Shown here in pieces: positions 11,009-21,660 of a stretch of 64,000 bases of DNA. Source of the DNA: Nitrospiraceae bacterium (GTDB taxonomy: Bacteria > Nitrospirota > Nitrospiria > Nitrospirales > Nitrospiraceae); NCBI GenBank assembly GCA_050246315.1, contig JBFWWG010000010.1, positions 1 through 64,000 on the forward strand, given 5' to 3'. The notes under the pieces were generated by a model, which saw only the letters and a program-made list of their open reading frames with translations, did not search any database and was not told the origin of the DNA. The position numbers and the translations under genes were made by a program. The first letter of the stretch is position 1; the number at the start of each line of letters is the position of its first letter.

Positions 11009-11859
11009 GATCGCACCACACGAATGCCATAGCCGGTGGTGTACCGTTTGATAAATGCATGATCGCCTGCATCAATCCGTCGCTCGCGATCCACGGCGAG
11101 ACGCTTCCCCTTCGTCACCAGCCCGGTGATCAGGCGCTGCAACAGCACCGCCCGTGGACGACCTCGTCTCACCTGCTCATTGAACCATGCGCGCGTCATG
11201 TCGACAACAACACTCCAAAACAGACCTTGCGGTTCAATCGCCATGTCCTCGAACCCGATTCGTTCGAGATTCTCCCGCCAGTATTGATCGGTGTATCGAC
11301 AATAGTCGTACGGGTCTTCATGGATCGGGAACAGAAACGGAACGGTCATGAGAAGGAAACCCCGACGCCGGAGCACCCGATGCACCTCGTGCATGACTCG
11401 AATAGGATCCGCGACGTGTTCCACCATCTCCGCACAATTCACCGCGTCAAAACTCTCTTCTTTGAACGGCAATACAGACGCATCGGTCTGCACGTCAGCC
11501 CGATGCGCGGCTGACAAATTGGCGTAGCGGACTCTGACATCGTACCGCTCGATATCAAATCGCCCTCGCTTGGGAGCGTTTTGTCCGTCGAGGTCAAGCA
11601 CCCGGCTTTCAGGCTTGAGCTGCGCAGCATGATGCATATAAAATTCGTCCACACAAAACCGGCGGAGGGAGCAGTCAAGGCGATCGCCTTGCAGAAGCTG
11701 CAGGTTCACATGCATCGCGTTTCCCATCCCCCTAAAGACGACTCTGTGTCCTACCCCTCCGACGACCCGAGAGGACAGTTGCCGTTCGGCCGGGACGGAG
11801 AGTGCGGCAGCCACCTGTCTAAGCATCCGCCAGCCAGCCGCAAGGGACCAACCCGTCAC
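11005..11859 (-). CDS. SAM-dependent methyltransferase (Methyltransf_11-like)
   Basis: LPFKEESFDAV..EMVEHV..P...HRVLRRRG.L..TVPF.FPIH.DPYDY.R; motif I is atypical (LDLDG). Confidence 0.8.
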   Translation of the reverse strand: MTGWSLAAGWRMLRQVAAALSVPAERQLSSRVVGGVGHRVVFRGMGNAMHVNLQLLQGDRLDCSLRRFCVDEFYMHHAAQLKPESRVLDLDGQNAPKRGRFDIERYDVRVRYANLSAAHRADVQTDASVLPFKEESFDAVNCAEMVEHVADPIRVMHEVHRVLRRRGFLLMTVPFLFPIHEDPYDYCRYTDQYWRENLERIGFEDMAIEPQGLFWSVVVDMTRAWFNEQVRRGRPRAVLLQRLITGLVTKGKRLAVDRERRIDAGDHAFIKRYTTGYGIRVVRS

Positions 11860-11990
11860 GGCATCACAGCCTCAAACATGAGAGATGAAATGGACGCTCG
11901 CTCGCTGTCGTCAGCTGGCCAGGCCGCTCGCCAGTTATGGTGTCCCTCCGTGGACAGGCACTCCTCCTGCAATTCAGGCGGTTTGTCCGA

Positions 11991-12796
11991 TCACGGGACG
12001 ATGAAATACCGGCCGGCAGCATCGATGTGCTTCAGAAACAATGGCCGAACCAACGTCCTCATGAACTCATCCAACGCTTTCCGACATCCAGGCCATTTCC
12101 CATAGTCATCGATCACGACAATTCCTCCCGGACTGACGAGCGGGACCAACCTCGCAAGGCAGATCTTCGTCGATTCGTACCAATCACCGTCGACCCGCAA
12201 CAGGGCAATGGATTCGATGGATTCTGGAACGACTCGAAGGGTGTCCTGAAACCAACCGACATGATAGTGGATGAGTGAGCGGGGATACTGCACAAGATCT
12301 GTCAATACATATTTATTTTCTTCGAGGGTGTCGACGCACTTACCGATGCTCCGTAGCACCCCCGACGCTCTTTGGCCGGCACATAGCTTGCAGCCATCTC
12401 ACCATCACTCGCTTGATCCGGCTCCGGCAACCCTTGAAACGAATCGAACAGATGCGGCGCACGAGACGTATGGCCTGATCGTCGGTGCGCCAACGCCATC
12501 AGGGCCGAGGCGCCTCCTTTCTACCTTCCGCATTCGATTAGGGATCCCGAAACCCCGGCTCCGTCGAGATACTGTACCTGTTGCCAGAGCGTAGCGAAAC
12601 GCTGGGAGGACACCATCGTGCACTCTTCCACGGTCGCGATCGCTGCACGAGCAGCCTCTTCGTCGTCATATTGAAGCAACGGATGTTCACTCCGTTTCGG
12701 CAACTGAGGAGGTGTTACGCCCTGACTCATCCTTCCCGCCGCCCCATGCTGTCCACGCATCGTATGGAGTGCCGACACGATTCGATGATTCATCAT
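11991..12796 (-). pseudogene. TylF/MycF/NovP-family sugar O-methyltransferase, disrupted
   Basis: Reads IECGR*KGGAS (TAG 12521-12523 where W is expected) and LFDSFQGLP. After a frameshift near 12360 it continues GWFQDTL, LRVDGDWYEST, IDDYG. Confidence 0.8.
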
Positions 12797-14022
12797 CTGT
12801 TCTCCTCACCCCCGAGGTACCATTGAGCTTGAAGGGCCATGATGCCGCGCGCGCGGCCCGAACCGGACACAGTAAAACTCGCAATGCCACCAAGACGTTC
12901 CAGCGTCTCATACGATGTCTGTTCTCGGAGAGCGAAGTTCACTTCATACACACCCTTTGAAAGTCTGTGCTCCGGGTACCAGACACGAAGGTACATGGGC
13001 CCCTCCACCCCTTGGCACTGAAATCCATCCTCCGCAGACACATTCCAGATGCATACCGTTCCGGTCGCATTAAGAATGCTCACCGAAAACACCGGGTGCT
13101 CCAGCGGACGATGGATCGTGAGTTTGATCTCAATTCCAAACGGCGTTCGGGCCTGGACTTCTGTCAGCGTCTCCCCATCCGCATCAAAGATCCGAGTATC
13201 CAGGATCGTCACATCCTTCTCTGTACGGCCGAGGTGCCTCCCTTGTTGCAGTCGCAATCGCTCTTTTCCAAACACGAGCTGCTCATACGCCCTCAACCCT
13301 TCGCGTACAGAACCTTCCGCTACGATTATCCCCCCATCCAACACCATCCCACGCTCGGCAATGAACTGGAGCATGTCGAGACTATGAGTTACCAGAATGA
13401 CGGTCGCTCCGCTCTCGCGCATTTCCTTAATGCGAGCCAGACTCTTATTCTGAAATCTGAGGTCGCCGACGGCAAAGGTTTCATCGATCAAGAGGATGTC
13501 GCTCTGAATTCTGGTCGCAACGCCAAATCCCAGACGCGCGACCATGCCACTGGAATAGGTTCGTACAGGGCGGTCAAACCATTCACCAAGCTCCACGAAC
13601 TCTTCGATCTGCGGCAGTAGGGCTTCCATCTGCTTCCGCGCTACGCCCATGATGGCCCCCAGCAGAACACTATTCTCACGGCCCGTTAATTCCGGATGCA
13701 CGCCGGCGTTAAGCTCAATCATAGGAAACACACGCCCATGAACTTCGACTCGTCCTCGACTCGGCGGAGTGACTCCGGCCAAGACTTTCAGTAGGGTACT
13801 CTTGCCAGCTCCGTTGCGCCCGATAATCCCAACGGTCTCCCCTCTTTTCACCTCGAACGAGACGTCGCGTAAAGCCCACGAACCATTATCTGTTTCACTC
13901 GTCTGCCCATGGGATCGACAGTGGGACATCACCGTACGAAGCAGCTGTCCGACGCCCGGCTGAGATGAGAGTCCGTACTGTTTCCAGAGACCCTCGACTC
14001 TAATACTGACTGGACCAGTCAT
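12793..14022 (-). CDS. wzt: Polysaccharide ABC transporter ATP-binding protein with C-terminal Wzt_C domain
   Basis: GRNGAGKST Walker A, YSSGMVARLGF, LIDETFAVGD, and a C-terminal extension. Confidence 0.9.
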   Translation of the reverse strand: MTGPVSIRVEGLWKQYGLSSQPGVGQLLRTVMSHCRSHGQTSETDNGSWALRDVSFEVKRGETVGIIGRNGAGKSTLLKVLAGVTPPSRGRVEVHGRVFPMIELNAGVHPELTGRENSVLLGAIMGVARKQMEALLPQIEEFVELGEWFDRPVRTYSSGMVARLGFGVATRIQSDILLIDETFAVGDLRFQNKSLARIKEMRESGATVILVTHSLDMLQFIAERGMVLDGGIIVAEGSVREGLRAYEQLVFGKERLRLQQGRHLGRTEKDVTILDTRIFDADGETLTEVQARTPFGIEIKLTIHRPLEHPVFSVSILNATGTVCIWNVSAEDGFQCQGVEGPMYLRVWYPEHRLSKGVYEVNFALREQTSYETLERLGGIASFTVSGSGRARGIMALQAQWYLGGEENR

Positions 14023-14025
14023 GCT

Positions 14026-14838
14026 CTAGGCGGCGTCCGCGAAATGCTGGGATAGGGTTCTGAACAACGGCCAACCGATAGCCCACACCACAACGGTGGC
14101 GCCAACGGACACCCCGAGCAGTTGGAGGTCCGGCGCTTGTTGTCGAATCACTACCTGCCTGAATCCCTCGATAATCCCCACCATCGGATTCAGAATATAG
14201 AGCGGCATCCATTGCGCTGGCACTTGGCTCAAGGGATACATAATCGGCGTTGCCAACAGCCACAGTTGCATCAGTAACGGCAAGCCAAACAACACGTCCT
14301 GGATGAACATACCAAGCGCTCCGACGACCAGACCAACTCCCAAAGCAAACAAGGTGGCGAGCACGATGAGCGGGAGGAGCCATGCCATCTCAGCATCGAC
14401 GGGGATCCGAAACCACACAAGCAGCCCGACAAGAAGCGCGCCGGAGACACAAAAGTCCACAAACGCCGTAAGCGTTGCGCTCACGGGGAATACTTCGCGA
14501 GGTATGGCCACCTTCTTCAGAATCCCGGAATTGGCTCCGATGCTCGACCCGCAGCGATTCACGGCGTTCACGAAAAATGCCCAAGGTACCAGCCCGACGT
14601 AGGCGAACAGCACGTACGGCACATCGTCCGTGGCAATGTGCAGGATCCCTTGAATGATCGTAAACATGCCGGCATAGAACACCGGTGGCAGCATGGCCCA
14701 CACAATTCCCAGAGCTGAGCGTCGATATCGGCCTTTGATCTCACGGGCAGAGATCGCCCAGATCAGACCGATGAAGTGCTGCCATTGGTTGGCCGCTGGA
14801 TCGAGTCGGATATAGACCCCCTTTTCATACATGACCAT
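14026..14838 (-). CDS. wzm: Polysaccharide ABC transporter permease
   Basis: REIKGRYRRSALGIVW, LATPIMYP, LNPMVGIIEGFR; multiple TM segments. Confidence 0.9.
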   Translation of the reverse strand: MVMYEKGVYIRLDPAANQWQHFIGLIWAISAREIKGRYRRSALGIVWAMLPPVFYAGMFTIIQGILHIATDDVPYVLFAYVGLVPWAFFVNAVNRCGSSIGANSGILKKVAIPREVFPVSATLTAFVDFCVSGALLVGLLVWFRIPVDAEMAWLLPLIVLATLFALGVGLVVGALGMFIQDVLFGLPLLMQLWLLATPIMYPLSQVPAQWMPLYILNPMVGIIEGFRQVVIRQQAPDLQLLGVSVGATVVVWAIGWPLFRTLSQHFADAA

Positions 14839-14864
14839 GACCGAGCCCGCGCCTCCGGTAGGGA

Positions 14865-16025
14865 CTACGCCACCTTCCGCACAGCCTCCACCCTTCGGAA
14901 CAAACGATCCAATCGATGCCGCCAGGTGTGGGATTCGAGAACCCGTTTATGACCGGCGTCTCGAATCCGTTCTGCTGCTTTGGGATGACCTAAATAGTAC
15001 AAGGCCTTATCGATCAGCTCCTCAGGTTGGGACCACGTCTCAATTTCCTGACCCAACCGATAGTACTCCCCATGATCCGGAGCCTGCTGCACCAGATAAA
15101 ACCCACCGGACATCGGCACCTCAAAATCCCGCAAACGACACTGAAGGCTATTTGACCCCACCACCCTATCGTCAGCATGCCAGCCGGTGTCAGAAAACCC
15201 CAGATTTACTAGGCTGGATCGGAAAATGTATGGCACTTCTTCATCCTGGCAGGGCAAGTGCAATTCTGAGCCTACAAGATCCTGAACCACCTGCAGTCTC
15301 GCCAGCTTTCGCCGGATAGGCCCTGTCAGACTTTGCATACCTTCTGCACGCCAACGCGGCCACGCATAAAACCGAATATCATGTAGCACCTTGTGCCAAT
15401 CCCAGTCATATTCCCACCCGGTGGGAGCATCGCGACGCCACCCACGACCGAAGACAACCGGCTTGATACCGTGCTCGACGCACGTACTGAGCAATGCCCG
15501 TCGATACGGGTTGAAACTTCCTACGAAGCATACGGAGCGCTGATACCCCGGCGCCGACGGTCCACGGGGCTTGTAGAAATTGGGATTTGCAGCCATGGGC
15601 ATCCATTCGATATTGGCATTGTAGGGTTTGAGCTGGTCGGCATTCGTCCGTTGCGCGACGGCCAACACATCAAAGTATGGCGCTGTTCGAATCACGCGAT
15701 ACCATTGGAACGCCATATCTACATGGTAATTAATCATCGGAACGCCCAGTGCCCGAAGTCGTGCTGCCGTATCCGTACGTAGAAAATCGTCATATACTAG
15801 GCAGAAGATCAAGTCCAGGCAGCCACTGGCCTTCAGCGCACTCGCCGCCTGCACGAGACGTTCGTTCAACTCATCGCGCTCCGCCCTCCAAGTCTTAGAT
15901 CCCAGGCGTCCCATGCCCCCAGAGTAATGAAACACCTGTAGATCGTCACAATAATAGCGACGGAGCGTCGCAAGGAGATTGATCTCCATCCATCGATCGG
16001 GAGGAAGTACGGCTAGTGCCCTCAT
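14865..16025 (-). CDS. Glycosyltransferase, CgeB/Glyco_trans_1_2 type
   Basis: RLRDFEVPMSGGFYL and HTWRHRL. Confidence 0.82.
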   Translation of the reverse strand: MRALAVLPPDRWMEINLLATLRRYYCDDLQVFHYSGGMGRLGSKTWRAERDELNERLVQAASALKASGCLDLIFCLVYDDFLRTDTAARLRALGVPMINYHVDMAFQWYRVIRTAPYFDVLAVAQRTNADQLKPYNANIEWMPMAANPNFYKPRGPSAPGYQRSVCFVGSFNPYRRALLSTCVEHGIKPVVFGRGWRRDAPTGWEYDWDWHKVLHDIRFYAWPRWRAEGMQSLTGPIRRKLARLQVVQDLVGSELHLPCQDEEVPYIFRSSLVNLGFSDTGWHADDRVVGSNSLQCRLRDFEVPMSGGFYLVQQAPDHGEYYRLGQEIETWSQPEELIDKALYYLGHPKAAERIRDAGHKRVLESHTWRHRLDRLFRRVEAVRKVA

Positions 16026-16051
16026 TGGAGGACCGATACTTACGAGACAGC

Positions 16052-16819
16052 CTATCTGAATTCTCGTCGTTCAAATATGAGGCAGGCAACAGCGATCAAG
16101 AGGGCTGCGTAGAGCAGACCATAGGCGCTTGTGAGCAATTGATAGGACATCGGTACGAGCCGTCCGATGGCAGCTTGCCCCTTGATGTTCAGTACCTCTA
16201 GATTGGGACACATATAGTAGAGACCCGTCATTAGGTCCTTCACGATCCCGTCTTTACTCTTCTCCGCAATTCCTTTGAGATCGGTCGTGAGGTGGCCGAT
16301 TATAAAGACTCCCACGGTGAGAATTGCGCTGAGCGTGGCCGAGGTGAACGTCGAAAAGAACAACGCTAACGCCGTGACGAGCAACACCTCAACCACCATC
16401 AATTGGACTGCTTGCAACAATGCGAGCGAGACGGGCGCTTCACTCGCCCACAAAGTCAGCACGTACACACCGAGCATGACCAACATATTGGCGATGAGCG
16501 TGATGATCAAACCGGCGTACTTACCAAGGATGAATTGCGTCCGTGTTATTGGGCGCGCCATGATTGTGTAGATGGTTCGTCGTTCGATCTCTTTGCTGAC
16601 GAGGCCTATCCCAACAAACATGCCGAGGACGACACCCACCCCATTGATGGCGGCCAATCCCATGTCCGTCACGATCTTGTGATGTTCCATGATGGTGAGC
16701 TCACCCAGCAGGACAGATCCGCCGATTAGGGAAAGGGCAAAAAACAACAGGTTGTACAAAATCTTATCGCGCAACGTTTCGCGAACAGTATTGAGGGCTA
16801 TGATGCCAATCGCTCGCAT
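16052..16819 (-). CDS. ABC transporter permease, PilI-like
   Basis: IALNTVRETLRDKILY and KEIERRTIYTIMARPITR.QFILGKY; located downstream of the pilins. Confidence 0.8.
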   Translation of the reverse strand: MRAIGIIALNTVRETLRDKILYNLLFFALSLIGGSVLLGELTIMEHHKIVTDMGLAAINGVGVVLGMFVGIGLVSKEIERRTIYTIMARPITRTQFILGKYAGLIITLIANMLVMLGVYVLTLWASEAPVSLALLQAVQLMVVEVLLVTALALFFSTFTSATLSAILTVGVFIIGHLTTDLKGIAEKSKDGIVKDLMTGLYYMCPNLEVLNIKGQAAIGRLVPMSYQLLTSAYGLLYAALLIAVACLIFERREFR

Positions 16820-17769
16820 GAACGCGGTTCCTCTCTCTGGCTGGCCTGATGTCCTTCCTGGGTGAATAATTCTTCCAAGGAACCCTTTTGAGGGATGACT
16901 GAAATGAGTGTGCCTCGCTGCCTTCGGATCGCATCAAGAACCGATTCGACATGGTGCGGTTGCTCCAGCACTATGAGGCTCTGATTCCCGCGCTGCCAGA
17001 TTCGCCCAGCCTTCTCTTTGATGGCCGGAACCTTGTCTGCCTGAATTCCCTCGCAGACGATCTCCACTGAGCGGGTATGTCCATGATTCGCAAGCTCGTC
17101 AACACGACCGCCCGCACGCAGTTTGCCCTGAATCACGATCGCGACACGATCACAAATCATCTCTACGTCAGGAAGAATATGAGAGCTAAAGAACACTGTC
17201 TTTCCTCGATCGCGAAGCTGCAGAATGATGTCCCTCACTTGCTTTCTGCCGATGGGGTCAAGACCTGACATGGGCTCATCTAGAACAATCAACTCGGGGT
17301 CATGTATGAGTGCTTGAGCCAGGCCAATCCGTTGCAACATACCTTTGGAGAACTTCCGAAGCTGCCGGGAATGCGCATGGCTCAATCCTACGGTATCCAG
17401 TAATTCTCTGATGCGTTTGCCCAGCACGGCACGGTCAATCCCAGCAAGACTTCCATAAAAGCCCAGAAATTCCTCTGCTGTCAGATAGTCATAGAAGTAG
17501 GGAGCTTCCGGAAGAAATCCGATACGCCGCTTGATTTCCACATCGCCGGTGGGTGCTCCGAGGATCTCCGTATACCCTCCCGTTGGTTTAATGAGCCCCA
17601 ACAGAATCTTAAGTGTCGTAGTTTTCCCCGCACCATTTGGTCCTAGGAATCCGAATATCTCTCCCCGTTCGACACGCAGGCTCAAACCCGATAGCGCTCT
17701 GACAGGGGGAAGCCCCGGCCATCCCGGCGGAAAGGTCTTGGTGAGATCTTCAATTACTATGGCGTCCAT
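16798..17769 (-). CDS. ABC transporter ATP-binding protein, PilH-like
   Basis: GFLGPNGAGKTT, FSKGMLQRIG, LDEPMSGLDP. Confidence 0.88.
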   Translation of the reverse strand: MDAIVIEDLTKTFPPGWPGLPPVRALSGLSLRVERGEIFGFLGPNGAGKTTTLKILLGLIKPTGGYTEILGAPTGDVEIKRRIGFLPEAPYFYDYLTAEEFLGFYGSLAGIDRAVLGKRIRELLDTVGLSHAHSRQLRKFSKGMLQRIGLAQALIHDPELIVLDEPMSGLDPIGRKQVRDIILQLRDRGKTVFFSSHILPDVEMICDRVAIVIQGKLRAGGRVDELANHGHTRSVEIVCEGIQADKVPAIKEKAGRIWQRGNQSLIVLEQPHHVESVLDAIRRQRGTLISVIPQKGSLEELFTQEGHQASQREEPRSCERLAS

Positions 17770-17781
17770 TGTGGCTTACTC

Positions 17782-18714
17782 TCAGTTAGGTAGGTTTACC
17801 GTCTGAGAGCCTCTGGGCGTCAGACAGGTCTTATTCCGGTGCACACGTAACCGTTCTCGCCGCACGGTGGTCTGTACGCTTCCATCACGCTGGCTGACCA
17901 GGTAGCTTCCTCCGAACGGCTCATTGGGTATCCTGGCTATAATGCGAGCATCAACTAATTCTTCGATTCGAGATGGATACCGTCCATGGTCCTGCATAAA
18001 TCGTCTGACCGCGGTTTCGAGGATTTGGACCTCGCGTTCGAGCACGACCTCTCTGAGACGGACAGTCAGAGCCTCGCGCAATCCTTCCTCCTGAGTTTGC
18101 TGAATGACATTTTCGAGAAACTCCACAGCAGCGCCAGGATCACCTGCCTCGACAGATAATCGAGCGACTAATTTGGGGAGGTAGGCGGGAGCACCAGGGA
18201 GGGAAGCGGCAATCTTGAAGTACTTGGCTCCAGATGCTGCATCACACAGTTCATAAAAGTAATCGTACCCAGCGTAGAACGGCAGCTGCCATACATCGGG
18301 ATTGTGTCGCATACCCTTTGTGAGTAAACTAAGGCCTTCGGACACCATTCCCCCCCAGACGCTAAGCACCGCACCGCCTGCTAGATACGCAAACCAGAAT
18401 TGTGGGTCTAAATCCGTGACCACATCAATGGCATGATAGGCCCACCGGTACCCTTGCTCCGTTGGTTGCATATCTCCTAGATGCTGAACGGCCTTCAGCC
18501 AAATGAGATCACCGGCCGCTTGGCGATACCCCAGTACCGCAACCTTGAGATAGTCTCCCTTGGGGAGGTATGACAGTTCGCCAGCCCTTGTCTCGGCTGG
18601 CCGTTCGTACTCCAGTGCGTCGAGCACAATTCCCGACCCTGCGCCGAGACACAGACAGAGGCCGACAAGAATTACCCCTCTCCTCGTTTCGCCACCCAAC
18701 CTGTTAAGCATCAC
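17782..18714 (-). CDS. Membrane-anchored TPR-like pilus accessory protein (PilG/XapA-like)
   Basis: N-terminal TM segment; DLIWLKAVQH, VTDLDPQF, NPDVWQLPFYAG; C-terminal GRYPSRIEELV...EPFGG; lies between the pilins and the ABC genes. Confidence 0.6.
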   Translation of the reverse strand: MMLNRLGGETRRGVILVGLCLCLGAGSGIVLDALEYERPAETRAGELSYLPKGDYLKVAVLGYRQAAGDLIWLKAVQHLGDMQPTEQGYRWAYHAIDVVTDLDPQFWFAYLAGGAVLSVWGGMVSEGLSLLTKGMRHNPDVWQLPFYAGYDYFYELCDAASGAKYFKIAASLPGAPAYLPKLVARLSVEAGDPGAAVEFLENVIQQTQEEGLREALTVRLREVVLEREVQILETAVRRFMQDHGRYPSRIEELVDARIIARIPNEPFGGSYLVSQRDGSVQTTVRRERLRVHRNKTCLTPRGSQTVNLPN

Positions 18715-20768
18715 ACCTTTCCCTCAACCAAACTGATTCTGGACTCTAACGTCGCGGGTGCAACCGAAAGAAAGCGCCGATCGAGGTCGGTCTGCGCGCG
18801 GGCCGCTAGGCGCTGATGGCGATCAACTATTTCACGGTATTCCGCCCTGGCTGAAATGGGATCCTTGTTTGCTAAATGGTGATTTACGAGCCATTCGCGT
18901 GCGACCAGAAAATTGGGCTCCAAATCGATGGCTTGCCGAACATAGGTTTGGGCTCTTCCGGACTCACCGAGCGCATCGGTGACAAGGCCGGCATGATAGA
19001 CATGTTCAGCATTGAAAGGAGCCAAGTTATAGGCCACCTGATACGACTCGAGTGCCTCCATAAGATGTACGCGCTCCGTGGCGATCTTCTCACCTTTCCT
19101 GGCGTCCTTGGCCAGCGAAAAATGGACAAAGCCCCGTAGGGCCTGGAGGCGATGATCAAGTGGGTTCAACCTGATCGCCTCGCCTAGCTCATGTAGCGCT
19201 TTTTTTAGTTCGTCCCCATTACCCGTAGTCTGATACAGTTGGTAATATGTAGCGGCGAGCGAATTACGGTACAGCGCTTTGCCTGGATCCCAATTCACGG
19301 AGCGTTGATGCTTGTTGATCGCAGCCGACAAGTCACCTTGAGCAGCCAGTTGCATTCCGCCCGCATGCTCCAACCAAGCCATGCCGATTGATAACACCAG
19401 GCTAACAACTGCGGTCAAAAGGAGAATCCCCACTACCTGCCATTTCCATTGTGAGCGGATGGAGATCATGAGGGAATGTTCGCCTGCCCTCCCACTCAGG
19501 CGTGAGAAGGACAGTAAGGATCCGAGGAGGAGGACAAATTGGATAGCGATCCCAGGTTCATGAAGGTTCGAGTCCAATAGAGCATGAACCAGGACCGTCA
19601 GCACGCTCCCGCTCAAGCCCACCAACACCATCCGTTCCCATCTGCTCAGCCGACGCACCCACTGCCGATGGACCTCTCTGCACACTCGACCAATACCAAA
19701 GGCAAAGACGACGACCGCCGCGATCCCTAATTCAGCTCCGATCTGTAGGAATTCATTGTGCGGCGTCTGTGCAACTCGTTCGTGGCGTGCCACCTGCCCT
19801 TCGACCGGGAAGGCATAGCGAGGCGACACATACTGATAAAGTCCCAATCCAATTCCAAAGGGATGATCCTGCATCATACGACCGGCGGCTTGCCACATTT
19901 GTAGCCGTGTATAGGCAAATGGATTGGCAGTATGTTCCGTTATCAGACGATCACGAGCAGGATTCGGGACTACCCCCAAAACCAGAATAAGGCCCAGGAG
20001 AATCCCTATCGTGAGGCGCCCTATTCTCGCGCCAATGACCAACGAAGAGCCAAGGATGACCAGGAGTATCCCCGCCCGCGAGCCAGTTGCCACAATTCCC
20101 AACAACAACAGCGCACACAACCCCATCGGCACACAGAATCGGCCTGCTGAAGGCCAAAATCTATCCCGATCTGTGCTCCACAATCGTTTGAGCCGCCGAT
20201 AGGGAAAGAACCCGCAATAGGCTAGGACTGGCATCCACACAAGCACGAGATATCCTGCGAGAAAGTTAGGATTAAAAAAGGTTCCCGTCGCGCGGGGCTG
20301 GTCCAGAGCGAAGACTTGTGCGAGGCCCCACACCGCTTCGAATGCCGCCGTTCCCGTGAGAACCAGGAACGGAACGAATAAATGTTCCCATCTGTCAAGA
20401 AATATGACAACGAAATATAGGAATCCAGCATAGCTCACAAGAACAACGAGCCATTGCACACTGTGGTTCGTATATGCTGACAGCACTACGGACATAACCG
20501 AGAGCACGAGAAACACCAAAACGGGAATGTCCAACGACGTACGGGGCAGCTGAAACGTCCCTTCCTTCACCGCCACAGCATAGCGGCAAGCAATGAGTCC
20601 ACAGACAAGTAAGCGTATAATCATGACTGCGAGCTGTGTCGTCCCTCCCTCTAGCAGGGGGGCAAACAGTATCAAGACGCATAGACCGGACAGCATCACA
20701 GATGTACCTCTCGGCACACTGCGATCCTGGGCCCCATCATGTGTGCGAGGCGAAGGATACTTGCACAT
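18711..20768 (-). CDS. O-antigen ligase/oligosaccharyltransferase (Wzy_C) family protein with C-terminal TPRs
   Basis: RATGTFFNPNFLAGYL, TGSRAG, RLQMWQAA...DHPFGIGLG, PHNEFLQIGAELG; many TM segments followed by TPRs; start may be 20696. Confidence 0.85.
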   Translation of the reverse strand: MCKYPSPRTHDGAQDRSVPRGTSVMLSGLCVLILFAPLLEGGTTQLAVMIIRLLVCGLIACRYAVAVKEGTFQLPRTSLDIPVLVFLVLSVMSVVLSAYTNHSVQWLVVLVSYAGFLYFVVIFLDRWEHLFVPFLVLTGTAAFEAVWGLAQVFALDQPRATGTFFNPNFLAGYLVLVWMPVLAYCGFFPYRRLKRLWSTDRDRFWPSAGRFCVPMGLCALLLLGIVATGSRAGILLVILGSSLVIGARIGRLTIGILLGLILVLGVVPNPARDRLITEHTANPFAYTRLQMWQAAGRMMQDHPFGIGLGLYQYVSPRYAFPVEGQVARHERVAQTPHNEFLQIGAELGIAAVVVFAFGIGRVCREVHRQWVRRLSRWERMVLVGLSGSVLTVLVHALLDSNLHEPGIAIQFVLLLGSLLSFSRLSGRAGEHSLMISIRSQWKWQVVGILLLTAVVSLVLSIGMAWLEHAGGMQLAAQGDLSAAINKHQRSVNWDPGKALYRNSLAATYYQLYQTTGNGDELKKALHELGEAIRLNPLDHRLQALRGFVHFSLAKDARKGEKIATERVHLMEALESYQVAYNLAPFNAEHVYHAGLVTDALGESGRAQTYVRQAIDLEPNFLVAREWLVNHHLANKDPISARAEYREIVDRHQRLAARAQTDLDRRFLSVAPATLESRISLVEGKV

Positions 20769-20980
20769 GGGGTACTCCCAGCAGGGACGAATCTGCGTTT
20801 CACCTCGCCAGGACAAGGCTGGCGAGAGGGTAGATGATATGAGGATCACTCTCATCGTCGCTTGAAGGGGCACGGAAGGTGACCCAGTATCGGCTTCGGC
20901 CAGGTTCTTTCCAGTAGAACCACTCAGATGAGGGTTATTGTCAGCCGAATGCGATTATGGAGTGGAAGACACCTGAGAAG

Positions 20981-21013
20981 GACAAAGGCGGAGGGGATTG
21001 TGCCCCCTCCGCC
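20981..21013 (-). terminator. Intrinsic terminator-like hairpin downstream of the major pilin
   Basis: 10-bp stem GGCGGAGGGG (20987-20996) / CCCCTCCGCC (21004-21013), followed on the minus strand by TTTGTC (short U tract). Confidence 0.6.
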
Positions 21014-21040
21014 CCTCAGCAGCAGACCCAACAGATGGAC

Positions 21041-21535
21041 TTACACGTCGTTGTTGTCTGGCGTCTGCAAGTTCTGCTTCACATCGTTCACATGCCATTG
21101 GTCAAGAGCCGCATCCGTATCCAGATTCGCCGCGGCAGTGGCAGTAAATCCATTGACGCTCGTCGTCGCGGCCGGGGTTCCCTCGGCATCGCAGCACGTT
21201 CCGACGCCCTGGGGAATTCGGTCGACACCATTGCTATTCCCAGAGGCACCATAGGTTCCAAAGGCTCCGCCGATACGATAGGTATAGCGGTTGGACGAAC
21301 CTGCCAAGGCGAACCCGATATCCTGGAAGTTTCCATACCCGGCCCTCTCCCCGAAGAACGAGGTTTCGGCTACGAAGATTCCACCCAGGTTTGTCTTGGC
21401 CTCCGACTGTCGCGACTTTGCTTGGTACTTGAGGAAGTTGGGGATCGCGATTGCCGCGAGAATTCCGATAATCGCGACGACGATCATCAACTCAATCAGG
21501 GTAAAACCTTTCTGGCTGTGACATTTCGGTAACAT
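21041..21535 (-). CDS. pilA: Type IVa pilin (probable major pilin)
   Basis: [26 protein letters not shown] prepilin motif; GGAGG RBS; Myxococcus PilA-like QSEAKTNL. Confidence 0.93.
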   Translation of the reverse strand: MLPKCHSQKGFTLIELMIVVAIIGILAAIAIPNFLKYQAKSRQSEAKTNLGGIFVAETSFFGERAGYGNFQDIGFALAGSSNRYTYRIGGAFGTYGASGNSNGVDRIPQGVGTCCDAEGTPAATTSVNGFTATAAANLDTDAALDQWHVNDVKQNLQTPDNNDV

Positions 21536-21644
21536 GTACTCCTCCTTGTTGTTAATGAACCCCGCCCCTTCTCTCACGACCTGTGACAACCGCAACCTCT
21601 GTCCCTACGCCGTTCTGCTTAGCAACCTTCCGCCAACTCGAAAG

Positions 21645-21660
21645 AGCAGATCTCATGCCA
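21645..21660 (-). promoter_or_regulatory. Sigma54 (-24/-12) promoter of pilin 1
   Basis: Minus strand TGGCATGAGATCTGCT, i.e. GG-N10-GC. Confidence 0.7.

Noticed and set aside
21621..21636. Second sigma54-like element TTGGCGGAAGGTTGCT upstream of pilin 1
   Set aside because: GG-to-GC spacing is 9 nt rather than the required 10.
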